Part shown: positions 35,092 to 47,900 of the stretch, in pieces
Layout: each line of letters opens with the position of its first letter
How positions within the stretch are numbered: position 1 is the first letter of the stretch
Assembly: GCA_964016885.1 (NCBI GenBank)
Contig: OZ024745.1
Span: 90,892,001-90,956,000, forward strand
DNA length: 64,000 nt
Reading direction: 5' to 3'
Origin: Eledone cirrhosa
Lineage: Eukaryota
The notes under the pieces: generated by a model
Told to the model about the DNA's origin: nothing
The model's database searches: none
What the model saw: only the letters and a program-made list of their open reading frames with translations
Translations under genes and position numbers: made by a program

Positions 35092-37416
35092 GTGACCTGC
35101 ATGGTCAACCTTGACAGAACTCATAGACAGGGCCCCGGTTACTGGAAGCTCAACTTGTCCTTGCCGGCAAGTAGAGCCTACAGGAATCGGATTAGTACGT
35201 TAGTTAAGGAACGGTTGACTGGAGCGATCGTCAACAGCAGGTGGTGGGTATCTCTAAAGAGAGAGATTAGAGTAGTCTCGATAGAATTTAGTAAGGTTCT
35301 AGCTGCGGATAGGAATAGGAAGGAAAGGGAGCTAATAGATAGAGTAGAAGAGGCAATTAGAAGCGGCGACGTGGCCAGAGTGCTAGCGTCGAGAACGGCT
35401 TTGAGCCAGTTTTTCGACGCGAAGCACGAAGGCTGCGTTGTCCGAAGTAAAATACGTGCTCTAGGGAACGAGGGGACCAAAGCTGTTAGCTGGGCCCGCG
35501 TGACAGAGGCCAACAGTGGAACTAAATCCACCATCCGGTCTTTGCGAGACCTGGATGGACGGGCGATTCTTGAGCCTAAGCAGATGTGTGAGGCCTTTCA
35601 AAGGCACTTTGCCCGACTGTTCGGGAGGGGCGGGGAGCCGGTTGGGAACGTGGACTTCGGTCCATACCTCGACGGCCTGCCGCGCCTCTCGGACAGGGAG
35701 GCGAAGTCCTGCGAGGAGCCGATTTCGGCCGCTGAGATAGAGGACGTGCTGAGCCAATGCGGCAAACGCAAATCCCCGGGTCTCGATGGTCTTCCTTACG
35801 AATTATATCTAGCTATGCCGGACTTGTTCCCCGATCTCCTCGAGGCGGTCTACTGCAACTGGCAACAGAACGGGAGAATTCCCTGTACTGTGACCAAGGG
35901 CGTAGTCACGCTAGTGAGGAAGGACGAGAACAAGGGGGACGAAATAAGTAACTTCAGGCCCATAACACTGCTAAATACAGAGTTACAGATTTTGGCCAAG
36001 GTGCTAGCAAAGAGGTTGGCGCTTGTCGTGGGCAACCTGGTGGGAGATGCGCAGACATGCGCTATCCCGTCCAGGTCCATCCATGACAACCTCCACCTCA
36101 TGCGATACATCATAGAGAGGGTTGGGAACGAACCCGGCTTTGGTGGGGCTCTGATCAACTTGGATCAATCTAAGGCGTTCGATAGGGTCGACCATGGTTA
36201 CCTGGATGCGGTGCTAGCGGCGGCAGGCTTCGGACCCGTTTTCAGGGGCTGGATCACTGCTATGCACAGCAGCCGCATCTGCTCTAGGGTCAAGGTGAAC
36301 GGCTACCTCTCGGAGCCGTTCAAAATCGCGCGGTCCATCCGACAAGGGTGCCCTCTCTCCTCCCTTCTGTATGTGTTGACTCTCGAGCCACTACTGCGGA
36401 AGTTGGAGTTGTTGCAGGGCATCCCTTTGGAACCGGGATTGCGGAAAGCGGTGTCGGCCTACGCCGATGACGTGACAGTAATGGTGTCGATGGCCTCCGA
36501 AATCGAGGCGGTCGGCACCTTACTGGAGGAGTACGAAAAGTTCACAGGGGCTAAGCTGAACCGGGACAAGTCGATCGGTTTGCAACTCGGCACGTGGAGG
36601 GGCAGACCGATGCCCTCCGATAGCGTCGTCGGACGCTGGACGGAGGGCCCGGTGAAGTTGCTCGGGGTCTGGTTCGGACCGGACCTCCAGGTGGAGAAAA
36701 ACTGGGCGGAGGTTACGAACAGGGTGTTTGCACTGACCCAGAAGTGGGCCAGTTGCAAACTATCCCTGAAAGGTCGGGCGGAGGTGGCGAACACCTACAT
36801 AGCGTCCGTCATCTACTACCGCCTGACCGTAGTGCCCTGCCCAAGGGAAACCCTCACCAAGATGGTGCGCGCGCTCTTCCAATTCCTTTGGAAGAGGCGG
36901 GCTCCTATGGTGAGGAGATCCATCTGCTGTCAACACCCTTCGAAAGGAGGGCTGGGGATGCCGTGGCTAATGATGCGTAAACACGCATTAAGGCTACGGC
37001 ACCTCTACGTATTCCTCACCGGACAACCGGTGTGGGCCTCGTTTGTGAGACGAACCTTTCCCAGACTCGTCTCACTCACCGAGCTGCAATCCTGGGTCAA
37101 GCAAAGACCGAGAAAACTGGGCGCCTGGCACACTGAGTGTGGCCAGGCGCTCACCGCCCTCTGGCAGGCGGATCCGGTTGTCAGTGGAGACTCCACCGCA
37201 ACATTCTATAGAGGGCTGGTACACAGCAGGTGCGACGACGCCCTCGGAGAAGCCCTAGACATGGAGGAGGACGAACTGGCCAGCCTGTTCGGTAGGACAT
37301 TCAGCCCGGGACCTATGGACAACTTCCAGAAGTCCCTGGCCTGGCAGTGCTACCGAGGGGCTTTACCCGTTCGAGAAAGGCTCTACAGACACGGGCGCCC
37401 GGGTAGGGACCCCGCC
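35092..37416 (+). mobile_element. L1/Tx1-clade non-LTR retrotransposon ORF2 fragment, truncated at both ends (copy 2)
   Basis: Same junctions as copy 1 at offset 12,276. The only difference I found is A24590 vs T36866. Confidence 0.93.
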
Positions 37417-37431
37417 AAAAAGATCTTTTAA
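35092..37431 (+). CDS. Open frame encoding L1/Tx1-type reverse transcriptase (copy 2, E592V relative to copy 1)
   Basis: The ORF-track translation is identical to copy 1 except KMERALF to KMVRALF. Confidence 0.8.
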   Translation: MTCMVNLDRTHRQGPGYWKLNLSLPASRAYRNRISTLVKERLTGAIVNSRWWVSLKREIRVVSIEFSKVLAADRNRKERELIDRVEEAIRSGDVARVLASRTALSQFFDAKHEGCVVRSKIRALGNEGTKAVSWARVTEANSGTKSTIRSLRDLDGRAILEPKQMCEAFQRHFARLFGRGGEPVGNVDFGPYLDGLPRLSDREAKSCEEPISAAEIEDVLSQCGKRKSPGLDGLPYELYLAMPDLFPDLLEAVYCNWQQNGRIPCTVTKGVVTLVRKDENKGDEISNFRPITLLNTELQILAKVLAKRLALVVGNLVGDAQTCAIPSRSIHDNLHLMRYIIERVGNEPGFGGALINLDQSKAFDRVDHGYLDAVLAAAGFGPVFRGWITAMHSSRICSRVKVNGYLSEPFKIARSIRQGCPLSSLLYVLTLEPLLRKLELLQGIPLEPGLRKAVSAYADDVTVMVSMASEIEAVGTLLEEYEKFTGAKLNRDKSIGLQLGTWRGRPMPSDSVVGRWTEGPVKLLGVWFGPDLQVEKNWAEVTNRVFALTQKWASCKLSLKGRAEVANTYIASVIYYRLTVVPCPRETLTKMVRALFQFLWKRRAPMVRRSICCQHPSKGGLGMPWLMMRKHALRLRHLYVFLTGQPVWASFVRRTFPRLVSLTELQSWVKQRPRKLGAWHTECGQALTALWQADPVVSGDSTATFYRGLVHSRCDDALGEALDMEEDELASLFGRTFSPGPMDNFQKSLAWQCYRGALPVRERLYRHGRPGRDPAKKIF

Positions 37432-40400
37432 ACAACATTGCAAGCCCACTGAAAGAGTTTTAAACAACATTGCAAGCCCACTAAAAGAGTTTTAAACAAC
37501 ATTGGAAGCCCACTGAAAGAGTTTTAAACAACAACATTGCAAGTCCTCTGAAAGAGTTTTAAACAACATTGCAAGCCCACTTTTAAACAACATTGCAAGC
37601 CCACTGAAAGAGTTTTAAACAACATTGCAAGCCCACTAAAAGTGTTTTAAACAACATTGGAAGTCCACTGAAAGAATTTTAAACAACATTGCAAGCCCAC
37701 TGAAAGAGTTTTAAAAAACATTGCAAGCCCACTGAAAGTGTTTTAAACAACATTGCAAGCCCACTAAAAGTGTTTTAAACAACATTGTAAGCCCACTGAA
37801 AGAGTTTTAAACAAGATTGCAAGCCTACTGAAAGAGTTTTAAAGAACATTACAAGCCCACTGAAAGAGTTTTAAACAACATTGCAAGCCCTCTAAAAGTG
37901 TTTTAAACAACATTGCAAGCTCACTGAAAGTGTTTTAAACATCATTGCAAGCCCACTGAAAGAGTTTTAAACAACATTGGAAACCCACTGAAAGAGTTTT
38001 AAACAACATTGCAAGCCCACTGAAAGAGTTTTAAACAACATTGGAAGCCCACTGAAAGAGTTTTAAACAACATTGCAAGTCCTCTGAAAGTGTTTTAAAC
38101 AACATTGTAAGCCCACTAATAGTGTTTTAAAAAACGTTGCAAGCCCACTGCAAGAGTTTTAAACAACATTGCAAACACACTGAAAGAGTTTTAAACAACA
38201 TTGAAAGCCCACTTTTAAACAACATTGCAAGCCCACTGAAAGACTTTTAAACAACATTGCAAGCCCACTAAAAGTATTTTAAACAACATTGTAAGCCCAC
38301 TGAAAGAGTTTTAACCAACATTGCAAGCCCACTAAAAGTGTTTTAAACAACATTGCAAGCCCACTGAAAGAGTTTTAAACCAAATTGCAAGCCCACTGAA
38401 AGTGTTTTAAACAACATTGTAGAGCACTAAAAGAGTTTTAAACAAGATTGCAAGCCCAATAAAAGTGTTTTAAACAACATTGCAAGTCCACTAAAAGTGT
38501 TTTAAACAACATTGCAAGCCCACTAAAAGAGTTTTAAACAACATTGGAAGCCCACTAAAAGAGTTTTGAACAACATTGCAAGCCCACTAAAAGAGTTTTA
38601 AACAACATTGGAAGCCCACTAAAAGAGTTTTAAACAACATTGCAAGCCCACTAAAAGTGTTTTAAACAACATTGCAAGCCCACTGAAAGAGTTCTAAACA
38701 ACATTGGAAGCCCACTGAAAGGGTTTTAAACAACATTGTAAGCCCACTGACAGAGTTTTAAACGAACTTGCAAGCTCACTGAAAGAGTTTTAAACAACAT
38801 GGCAAGCCCACTAAAAGTGTTCTAAACAACATTGCAAGCCCACTGAAAGAATTTTAAACAACATTGCAAGTCCTCTGAAAGAGTTTTAAACAACATTGCA
38901 AGCCCACTTTTAAACAACATTGCAAGCCCACTGAAAGAGTTTTAAACAACATTGCAAGCCCACTAAAAGCGTTTTAAACAACATTGGAAGTCCACTAAAA
39001 GTGTTTTAAACAACATTGCAAGCCCACTGAAAGAATTTTAAACAACATTGCAAGCCCACTAACATGTGTTAAAAAACATTGCAAGCCCACTGAAAGTGTT
39101 TTAAACAGCATTGCAAGCCCACTGAAAGAGTTTTAAACAACATTGGAAGCCCACTGAAAGAGTTTTAAACAACATTGGAAGCCCACTGAAAGAGTTTTAA
39201 ACATCATTGCAAGCCCACTAAGAGTGTTTTAAACAACATTGCAAGCCCACTGAATGAGTTTTAAACAACATTGCAAGCCCACTAAAAGTCTTTTAAACAA
39301 CATTGCAAGCCCTCTAAAAGTGTCTTAAAAAACATTGCAAGCCCACTAAAAGTGTTTTAAACAACATTGTAAGCCCACTGACAGAGTTTTAAATAAAATT
39401 GCAAGCTCATTGAAAGAGTGTTAAACAACATTTCAAGCCCACTAAAAGTGTTTTAAACAACATTGCAAGCCCTCTAAAATGTTTTAAACAACATTGCAAG
39501 CCCACTGAGAGTGTTTTAAACAACATTGCAAGCCCTCTAAAATGTTTTAAACAACATTGCAAGCCCACTGAGAGTGTTTTAAACAACATTGCAAGCCCAC
39601 TAAAAGAGTTTTAAACAACATTGGAAGCCCACTGAAAGACTTTTAAACAACATTGCAAGCCCACTGAAAGAGTTTTAAACAACATTGCAAGTCCTCTGAA
39701 AGAGTTTTAAACAACATTGCAAGCCCACTTTTAAACAACATTGCAAGCCCACTGAAAGACCTTTAAACAACATTGCGAGCCCACTAAAAGTGTTTTAAAC
39801 AACATTGTAAGCCCACTGACAGAGTTTTAAACAAAATTGCAAGCTCACTGAAAGAGTTTTAAACAACATGGCAAGCCCACTAAAAGTGTTTTAAACAACA
39901 TTACTAGCCCTCTGAAAGAGTTTTAAACAACATTGCAAGCCCTCTGAAAGAGTTTTAAACAACATTGCAAGCCCATTGAAAGAGTTTTAAACAACATTGC
40001 AAGCCCACTTTTAAACAACATTGCAAGCCCACTGAAAGAGTTTTAAACAACATTGCAAGCCCACTAAAAGTGTTTTAAACAACATTGGAAGTCCACTAAA
40101 AGTGTTTTAAACAACATTGCAAGCCCACTGAAAGAATTTTAAACAACATTGCAAGCCCACTAAAAGTGTTTTAAGAAACATTGCAAGCCCACTGAAAGTG
40201 TTTTAAACAGCATTGCAAGCCCACTGAAAGAGTTTTAAACAACATTGGAAGCCCACTGAAAGAGTTTTAAACAACATTGGAAGCCCACTGAAAGAGTTTT
40301 AAACAACATTGCAAGCCCACTAAAAGTGTTTTAAACAACATTGCAAGCCCTCTGAAAGACTTTTAAACAACATTGCAAGCCCACTAAAAGTGTTTTAAAC

Positions 40401-43400
40401 AACATTGTAAGCCCACTGACAGAGTTTTAAACAAAATTGCAAGCTCATTGAAAGAGTTTTAAACAACATTGGAAGCCCACTAAAATTGTTTAAAACAACT
40501 TTGCAATGCCACTGAAAGAATTTTAAACAACATTGCAAGCTCACTAAAAGTGTTTTAAACAACATTGCAAGCCCTCTAAAATGTTTTAAACAACATTGCA
40601 AGCCCACTGAGAGTGTTTTAAACAACATTGCAAGCCCACTAAAAGAGTTTTAAACAACATTGGAAGCCCACTGAAAGACTTTTAAACAACATTGCAAGCC
40701 CACTGAAAGAGTTTTAAACAACATTGCAAGCGCACTAAAAGAGTTTTAAACAACATTGGAAGCCCACAGAAAGAGTTTTAAACAACAACATTGCAAGTCC
40801 TCTGAAAGAGTTTTAAACAACATTGCAAGCCCACTTTTAAACAACATTGCAAGCCCACTGAAAGAGTTTTAAACAACATTGCAAGCCCACTAAAAGTGTT
40901 TTAAACAACATTGGAAGTCCACTGAAAGAATTTTAAACAACATTGCAAGCCCACTGAAAGAGTTTTAAACAACATTGCAAGCCCACTGAAAGTGCTTTAA
41001 ACAACATTGTAAGCCCACTAAAAGTGTTTTAAACAACATTGTAAGCCCACTGAAAGAGTTTTAAACAAGATTGCAAGCCTACTGAAAGAGTTTTAAAGAA
41101 CATTACAAGCCCACTGAAAGAGTTTTAAACAACATTGCAAGCCCTCTAAAAGTGTTTTAAACAACATTGCAAGCTCACTAAAAGTGTTTTAAACAGCATT
41201 GCAAGCCCACTGAAAGAGTTTTAAACAACATTGCAAGCCCACTGAAAGAGTTTTCAACAACATTGGAAACCCACTGAATGAGTTTTAAACAACATTGCAA
41301 GCCCACTAAAAGTTTTTTAAGTAACATTGTAAGCCCTCTAAAAATGTTTTAAACAATATTGCAAGCCCACTGAAAGTGTTTTAAACAGCATTGCAAGCCC
41401 ACTGAAAGAGTTTTAAGCAACATTGGAAGCCCACTGAAAGAGTTTTAAACAACATTGGAAGCAAACTGAAAGAGTTTTAAACAACATTGCAAGCTCATTG
41501 AAAGAGTTTTAAACAACATTGCAAGCTCACTAAAAGTATTTTAAACAACATTGCAAGCCCTCTAAAATGTTTTAAACAACATTGCAAGCCCTCTAAAATG
41601 TTTTAAACAACATTGCAAGCCCACTGAGAGTGTTTTAAACAACATTGCAAGCCCACTAAAAGAGTTTTAAACAACATTGGAAGCCCACTGAAAGACTTTT
41701 AAACAATATTGCAAGCCCACTGAAAGAGTTTTAAACAACATTGCAAGTCCTCTGAAAGAGTTTTAAACAACATTGCAAGCCCACTTTTAAACAACATTGC
41801 AAGCCCACTGAATGAGTTGTAAACAACATTGCAAGCCCACTAAAAGTGTTTTAAACAACATTGTAAGCCCACTGAAAGAGTTTTAAACCAAACTGCAAGC
41901 CCACTGAAAGTGTTTTAAACAACATTGTAGTGCACTAAAAGAGTTTTAAACAACATTGCAAGCCCAATAAAAGTGTTTTAAACAACATTGCAAGCCCACT
42001 GAAAGAGTTTTAAACAACATTGCAAGTCCACTAAAAGTGTTTTAAACAACATTGCAAGCCCCCTGAAAGAGTTTTAAACAATATTGCAAGCCCACTAAAA
42101 GAGTTTTAAACAACATTGGAAGCCCACTAAAAGAGTTTTAAACAACATTGCAAGCCCACTAAAAGTGTTTTAAACAACATTGCAAGCCCACTAAAAGAGT
42201 TCTAAACGACATTGGAAGCCCACTGAAAGGGTTTTAAACAACATTGCAAGCCCACTAAAAGAGTTTTAAACAACATTGCAACCCCACTAAAAGTGTTTTA
42301 AACAACATTGGAAGCCCACTAAAAGAGTTTTAAACAACATTGGAAGCCCACTAAAAGAGTTTTAAACAACATTGCAAGCCCACTAAAAGTGTTTTAAACA
42401 ACATTGCAAGCCCACTGAAAGAGTTCTAAACAACATTGCAAGCCCACTGAAAGAGTTTTAAACAACATTGCAAACCCTCTGAAAGAGCTTTTGCAAGCCC
42501 ACTTTTAAACAACATTGCAAGCCCACTGAAAGACTTTAAACAACATTGCAAGCCCACTAAAACTGTTTTAAACAACATTGTAAGCCCACTGAAAGAGGTT
42601 AAACAACATTACAAGCCCACTAAAAGTGTTTTAAACAACATTGTAAGCCCACTGACAGAGTTTTCAACAAAATTGCAAGCTCACTAAAAGTGTTTCAAGC
42701 AACATTGCAAGCCCACTGAAAGAGTTTTAAAAAACATTGCAAGCCCACTGAAAGAGTTTTAAACCACATTGCAAGCCCACTGAAAGAGTTTTAAACAACA
42801 CTGCAAGCCCACTAAAAGAGTTTTAAACAACATTGCAAGGCCAATAAAAGTGTTTTAAACAACATTGCAAGCCCACTGAGAGAGTTTTAAACAACATTGC
42901 AAGCCTACTGAAAGTGTTTTAAACAACATTGTAAGCCCACTGAAAGAGGTTAAACAACATTGCAAGCCCACTAAAAGTATTTTAACCAACATTGTAAGCC
43001 TACTGACAGAGTTTTAAACAAAATTGCAAGCTCACTAAAAGTGTTTCAAACAACATTGCAAGCCCACTGAAAGAGTTTTAAAAAACATTGCATGCCCACT
43101 GAAAGAGTTTTAAACCACATTGCAAGCCCACTTATAGAGTTTAAAACAACATTGTAAGCCCACGAAAACTGTTTTAAACAACATTGCAAGCCCACTAAAA
43201 GTGTTTAAAACAACATCGTAAGCCCACTAATAGCGTTTTAAACAACATTGCAAACCCACTGAAAGAATTTTTAAACAACATTGCAAACACACTGAAAGTG
43301 TTTTAAGAAACATTGGAAGCCCACTGAAAGTGTTTTAAACAACATTGCAAGCTCACTAAAAGTATTTTAATCAACCTTGTAATCCCACTGAAAGAGTTTT

Positions 43401-44999
43401 AAACAACATTGTAAGCCCACTGACAGAGTTTTAAACAAAATTGCAAGCTCACTGAAAGAGTTTTAAACAACATTGCAAGCCGACTAAAAGTGTTTTAAAT
43501 AACATTGCAAGCCCACTGAAAGAGTTTTAAAAAACATTGCAAGCCCACTGAAAGAGTTTTAAACCACATTGCAAGCCCACTTAAAGAGTTTAAAACAACA
43601 TTGTAAGCCCACTAAAACTGTTTTAAACAACATTGCAAGCCCACTAAAAGTGTTTAAAACAACATCGTAAGCCCACTAATAGCGTTTTAAACAACAATGC
43701 AAACCCACTGAAAGAATTTTTAAACAACATTGCAAACACACTGAAAGTGTTTTAAGAAACATTGCAAGCCCACTTTTAAACAACATTGCAAGACCACTAA
43801 AAGTGTTTTAATTAACATTGCAAGGCCACTGAAAGAGTTTTAAACAACATTGCACGTCCTCTGAAAGTGTTTTAAACAACATTGGAAGCCCACTAAAATT
43901 GTTTAAAACAACTTTGCAATGCCACTGAAAGAGTTATAAGCAACATTGCAAGCCCACTGAAAGTGTTTTAAACAACATTGCAAACCGACTGAAAGAGTTT
44001 TAAACAACATTGGAAGCCCACTGAAAGAGTTTTAAACAACATTGCAAGCCCACTTTTAAACAACGTTGCAAGACCTCTGTAAGAATTTTGTACAACATTG
44101 CAAGCCCAGTAAAAGTGTTTTAAACAACATTGCAAGCCTACTGAAAGTGTTTTAAACAACATTGCAAGCCCACTAAAACTGTTTTAAACCACATTGTAAG
44201 CCCACTGAAAGAGTTTTAAACAACATTGCACTTCGACAAAAAGTGTTTTAAACAACACTGCAAGCCCACTGAAAGTGTTTTAAACAACATTGCAAGCCCA
44301 CTCAAACTGTTTTAAACCACATTGTTAGCCCACTGAAAGAGTTTTAAACAACATTGCAAGCCCACTGAAAGAGTTTTAAACAACATTGCAAGCCCACTAA
44401 AATTATTTTAATCAACATTGTAAGCCCACTGAAAGAGTTTTAAACAACATTGCTAGCCCACTAAAAGCGTCTTAAAGAACATTGTAAGCCCACTAAAAGA
44501 GTTTTAAACAACATAGCAAGCGCTCTATAAGTGTTTTAAACAATAATGCAAGCCCACTGAAAGTGTTTTAAACAAAATTTTAAACTCAGTGAAAGAGTTT
44601 TAAACAACATTGCAAGCCCACTAAAAGAGTTTTAAACAACATTGCAAGCTCACTAAAAGTGTTATAAACAACATTGCAAGCCCACTGAAAGAGTTTTAAA
44701 CAACATTGCAAGCCCACTGAAAGAGTTTGAAACAACATTGCAAACACACTGAAAGAGTTTAAAACAACATTGCAAGCCCTCTAAAAGTGTTTTAAACAAC
44801 ATTGCAAGCCCGCTGAAAGAGTTTTCACCAACATTGCAAGCCCACTGAAAGAGTTTTAAAAAACATTGCAAGCCCACTTAAAGACTTTTAAACAATATTG
44901 CAAGCCCACTAAAAGAGTTTTAAACAACATTGGAAGCCCACTAAAAGAGTTTTAAACAACATTGCAAGCCCACTAAAAGTGTTTTAAACAACATTGCAA

Positions 45000-47900
45000 G
45001 TCCTCTGAAAGTGTTTTAAACAACATTGCAAGCCCACTAAAAGAGTTTTAAACAACATTGCAACCCCAATAAAAGTGTTTTAAACAACATTGGAAGCCCA
45101 CTGAAAGAGTTTTAAACAACTTTGCAAGCCCACTGAAAGAGTTTTAAAAAACATTGCAAGCCCACTGAAAGAGTTTTAAACCACATTGCAAGCCAACTGA
45201 AAGAGATTTTAAACAACATTGCAAGCCCTCTGAAAGAGTTTTTGCAAGCCCACTTTTAAACAACATTGCAAGCTCACTGAAAGAGTTTTAAACAACATTG
45301 CAAACCCACTGAAATAGTTTTAAACAACATTGGAAGTCCACTGAAAGTGTTTTAAACAACATTGCAAGCCCAGTGAAAGAGTTTTAAACAACATTGCAAG
45401 CTCACTAGAAGTGTTATAAACAACGTTGCAAGCCCACTGAAAGAGTTTAAAACAACATTGCAAGGCCAATAAAAGTGTTTTAAACAAAATTGCAAGCCCA
45501 CTGAGAGAGTTTTAAACAACATTGCAAGCCAACTAAAACTGTTTTAAACAACATTGTAAGCCCACTGAAAGAGGTTAAACAACATTGCAAGCCCACTAAA
45601 AGTATTTTAACCAACATTGTAAGCCTACTGACAGAGTTTTAAACAAAATTGCAAGCTCACTAAAAGTGTTTCAAACAACATTGCAAGCCCACTGAAAGAG
45701 TTTTAAAAAACATTGCAAGCTCACTGAAAGAGTTTTAAACAACATTGCAAGCCGACTAAAAGTGTTTTAAATAACATTGCAAGCCCACTGAAAGAGTTTT
45801 AAACAACATTGCAAGTCCTCTGAAAGAGTTTTAAACAACATTGCAAGCCCACTTTTAAACAACGTTGCAAGCCCACTGAAAGTGTTTTAAAAAACATTCC
45901 AAGCCCACTGAAAGTGTTATAAATAACATTGCAAGCCCACTGAAAGTGTTTCAAACAACAATGCAAGCCCACTAAAAGTGTTTTAAACAACATTGCATTG
46001 CAAGTCCACTAAAAGTGTTTTAAACAACATTGGACGCCCATTAAAAGTGTATTAAACAACATTGCAAGCCCACTGAAAGAGTTTTAAACAAGATTGCAAG
46101 CCCACTGAAATAGTTTTAAACAACATTGCAAGCCCACTAAAAGAGTTTTAAACAGCATTGCAAGCCCACTAAAAGTATTTTAAACAACATTGGAAGCCCA
46201 CTAAAAGAGTTTTAAACAACATTGGAAGCCCACTAAAAGTGTTTTAAACAACATTGCAAGCCCACTGAAAGAGTTCTAAACAACATTGCAAGCCCACTGA
46301 AAGAGTTTTAAACAACATTGCAAACCCTCTGAAAGAGCTTTTGCAAGCCCACTTTTAAACAACATTGCAAGCCCACTGAAAGACTTTAAACAACATTGCA
46401 AGCCCACTAAAACTGTTTTAAACAACATTGTAAGCCCACTGAAAGAGGTTAAACAACATTACAAGCCCACTAAAAGTGTTTTAAACAACATTATAAGCCC
46501 ACTGACAGAGTTTTCAACAAAATTGCAAGCTCATTAAAAGTGTTTCAAGCAACATTGCAAGCAAACTGAAAGAGTTTTAAAAAACATTGCAAGCCCACTG
46601 AAAGAGTTTTAAACCACATTGCAAGCCCACTGAAAGAGTTTTAAACAACATTGTAAGCCCACTAAAACTGTTTTAAACAACATTGCAAGCCCACTAAAAG
46701 TGTTTAAAACAACATCGTAAGCCCACTAATAGCGTTTTAAACAACACTGCAAACCCACTGAAAGTGTTTTAAACAACATTGCAAGGCCAATAAAAGTGTT
46801 TTAAACAACATTGCAAGCCCACTGAGAGAGTTTTAAACAACATTGCAAGCCTACTGAAAGTGTTTTAAACAACATTGTAAGCCCACTGAAAGAGGTTAAA
46901 CAACATTGCAAGCCCACTAAAAGTATTTTAACCAACATTGTAAGCCTACTGACAGAGTTTTAAACAAAATTGCAAGCTCACTAAAAGTGTTTCAAACAAA
47001 ATTGCAAGCCCACTGAAAGAGTTTTAAAAAACATTGCATGCCCACTGAAAGCGTTTTAAACAACATTGCAAGCCCACTAAAAGTGTTTTAAACAACATTG
47101 CAAGCCCACTGAAAGTGTTTTAAACAACATTGCAAGCCCACTAAAAGAGTTTTAAACAACATTGCAACCCCAATAAAAGTGTTTTAAACAACATTGGAAG
47201 CCCACTGAAAGAGTTTTAAACAACATTGCAAGCCCACTAAAAGTGTTTTAAAAAACATTGCAAGCCCACTGAAAGAGTTTTAAACCACATTGCAAGCCAA
47301 CTGAAAGAGATTTTAAACAACATTGCAAGCCCTCTGAAAGAGTTTTTGCAAGCCCACTTTTAAACAACATTGCAAGCTCACTGAAATAGTTTTAAACAAC
47401 ATTGGAAGTCCACTGAAAGTGTTTTAAACAACATTGCAAGCCCAGTGAAAGAGTTTTAAACAACATTGCAAGCTCACTAGAAGTGTTATAAACAACGTTG
47501 CAAGCCCACTGAAAGAGTTTAAAACAACATTGCTAACCCTCAAAGAGTTTTAAACAACATTGCAAGCCCAGTTTTAAACAACATTGCAAGGCCAATAAAA
47601 GTGTTTTAAACAAAATTGCAAGCCCACTGAGAGAGTTTTAAACAACATTGCAAGCCAACTAAAACTGTTTTAAACAACATTGTAAGCCCACTGAAAGAGG
47701 TTAAACAACATTGCAAGCCCACTAAAAGTATTTTAACCAACATTGTAAGCCTACTGACAGAGTTTTAAACAAAATTGCAAGCTCACTAAAAGTGTTTCAA
47801 ACAACATTGCAAGCCCACTGAAAGAGTTTTAAAAAACATTGCAAGCTCACTGAAAGAGTTTTAAACAACATTGCAAGCCGACTAAAAGTGTTTTAAATAA

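Noticed and set aside
22816-37416. Two independent site-specific insertions, or LTRs of one large element
   Set aside because: Identical truncation points, junction filler and kb-long shared flanks indicate one insertion later duplicated; the repeats are coding RT sequence, not LTRs.
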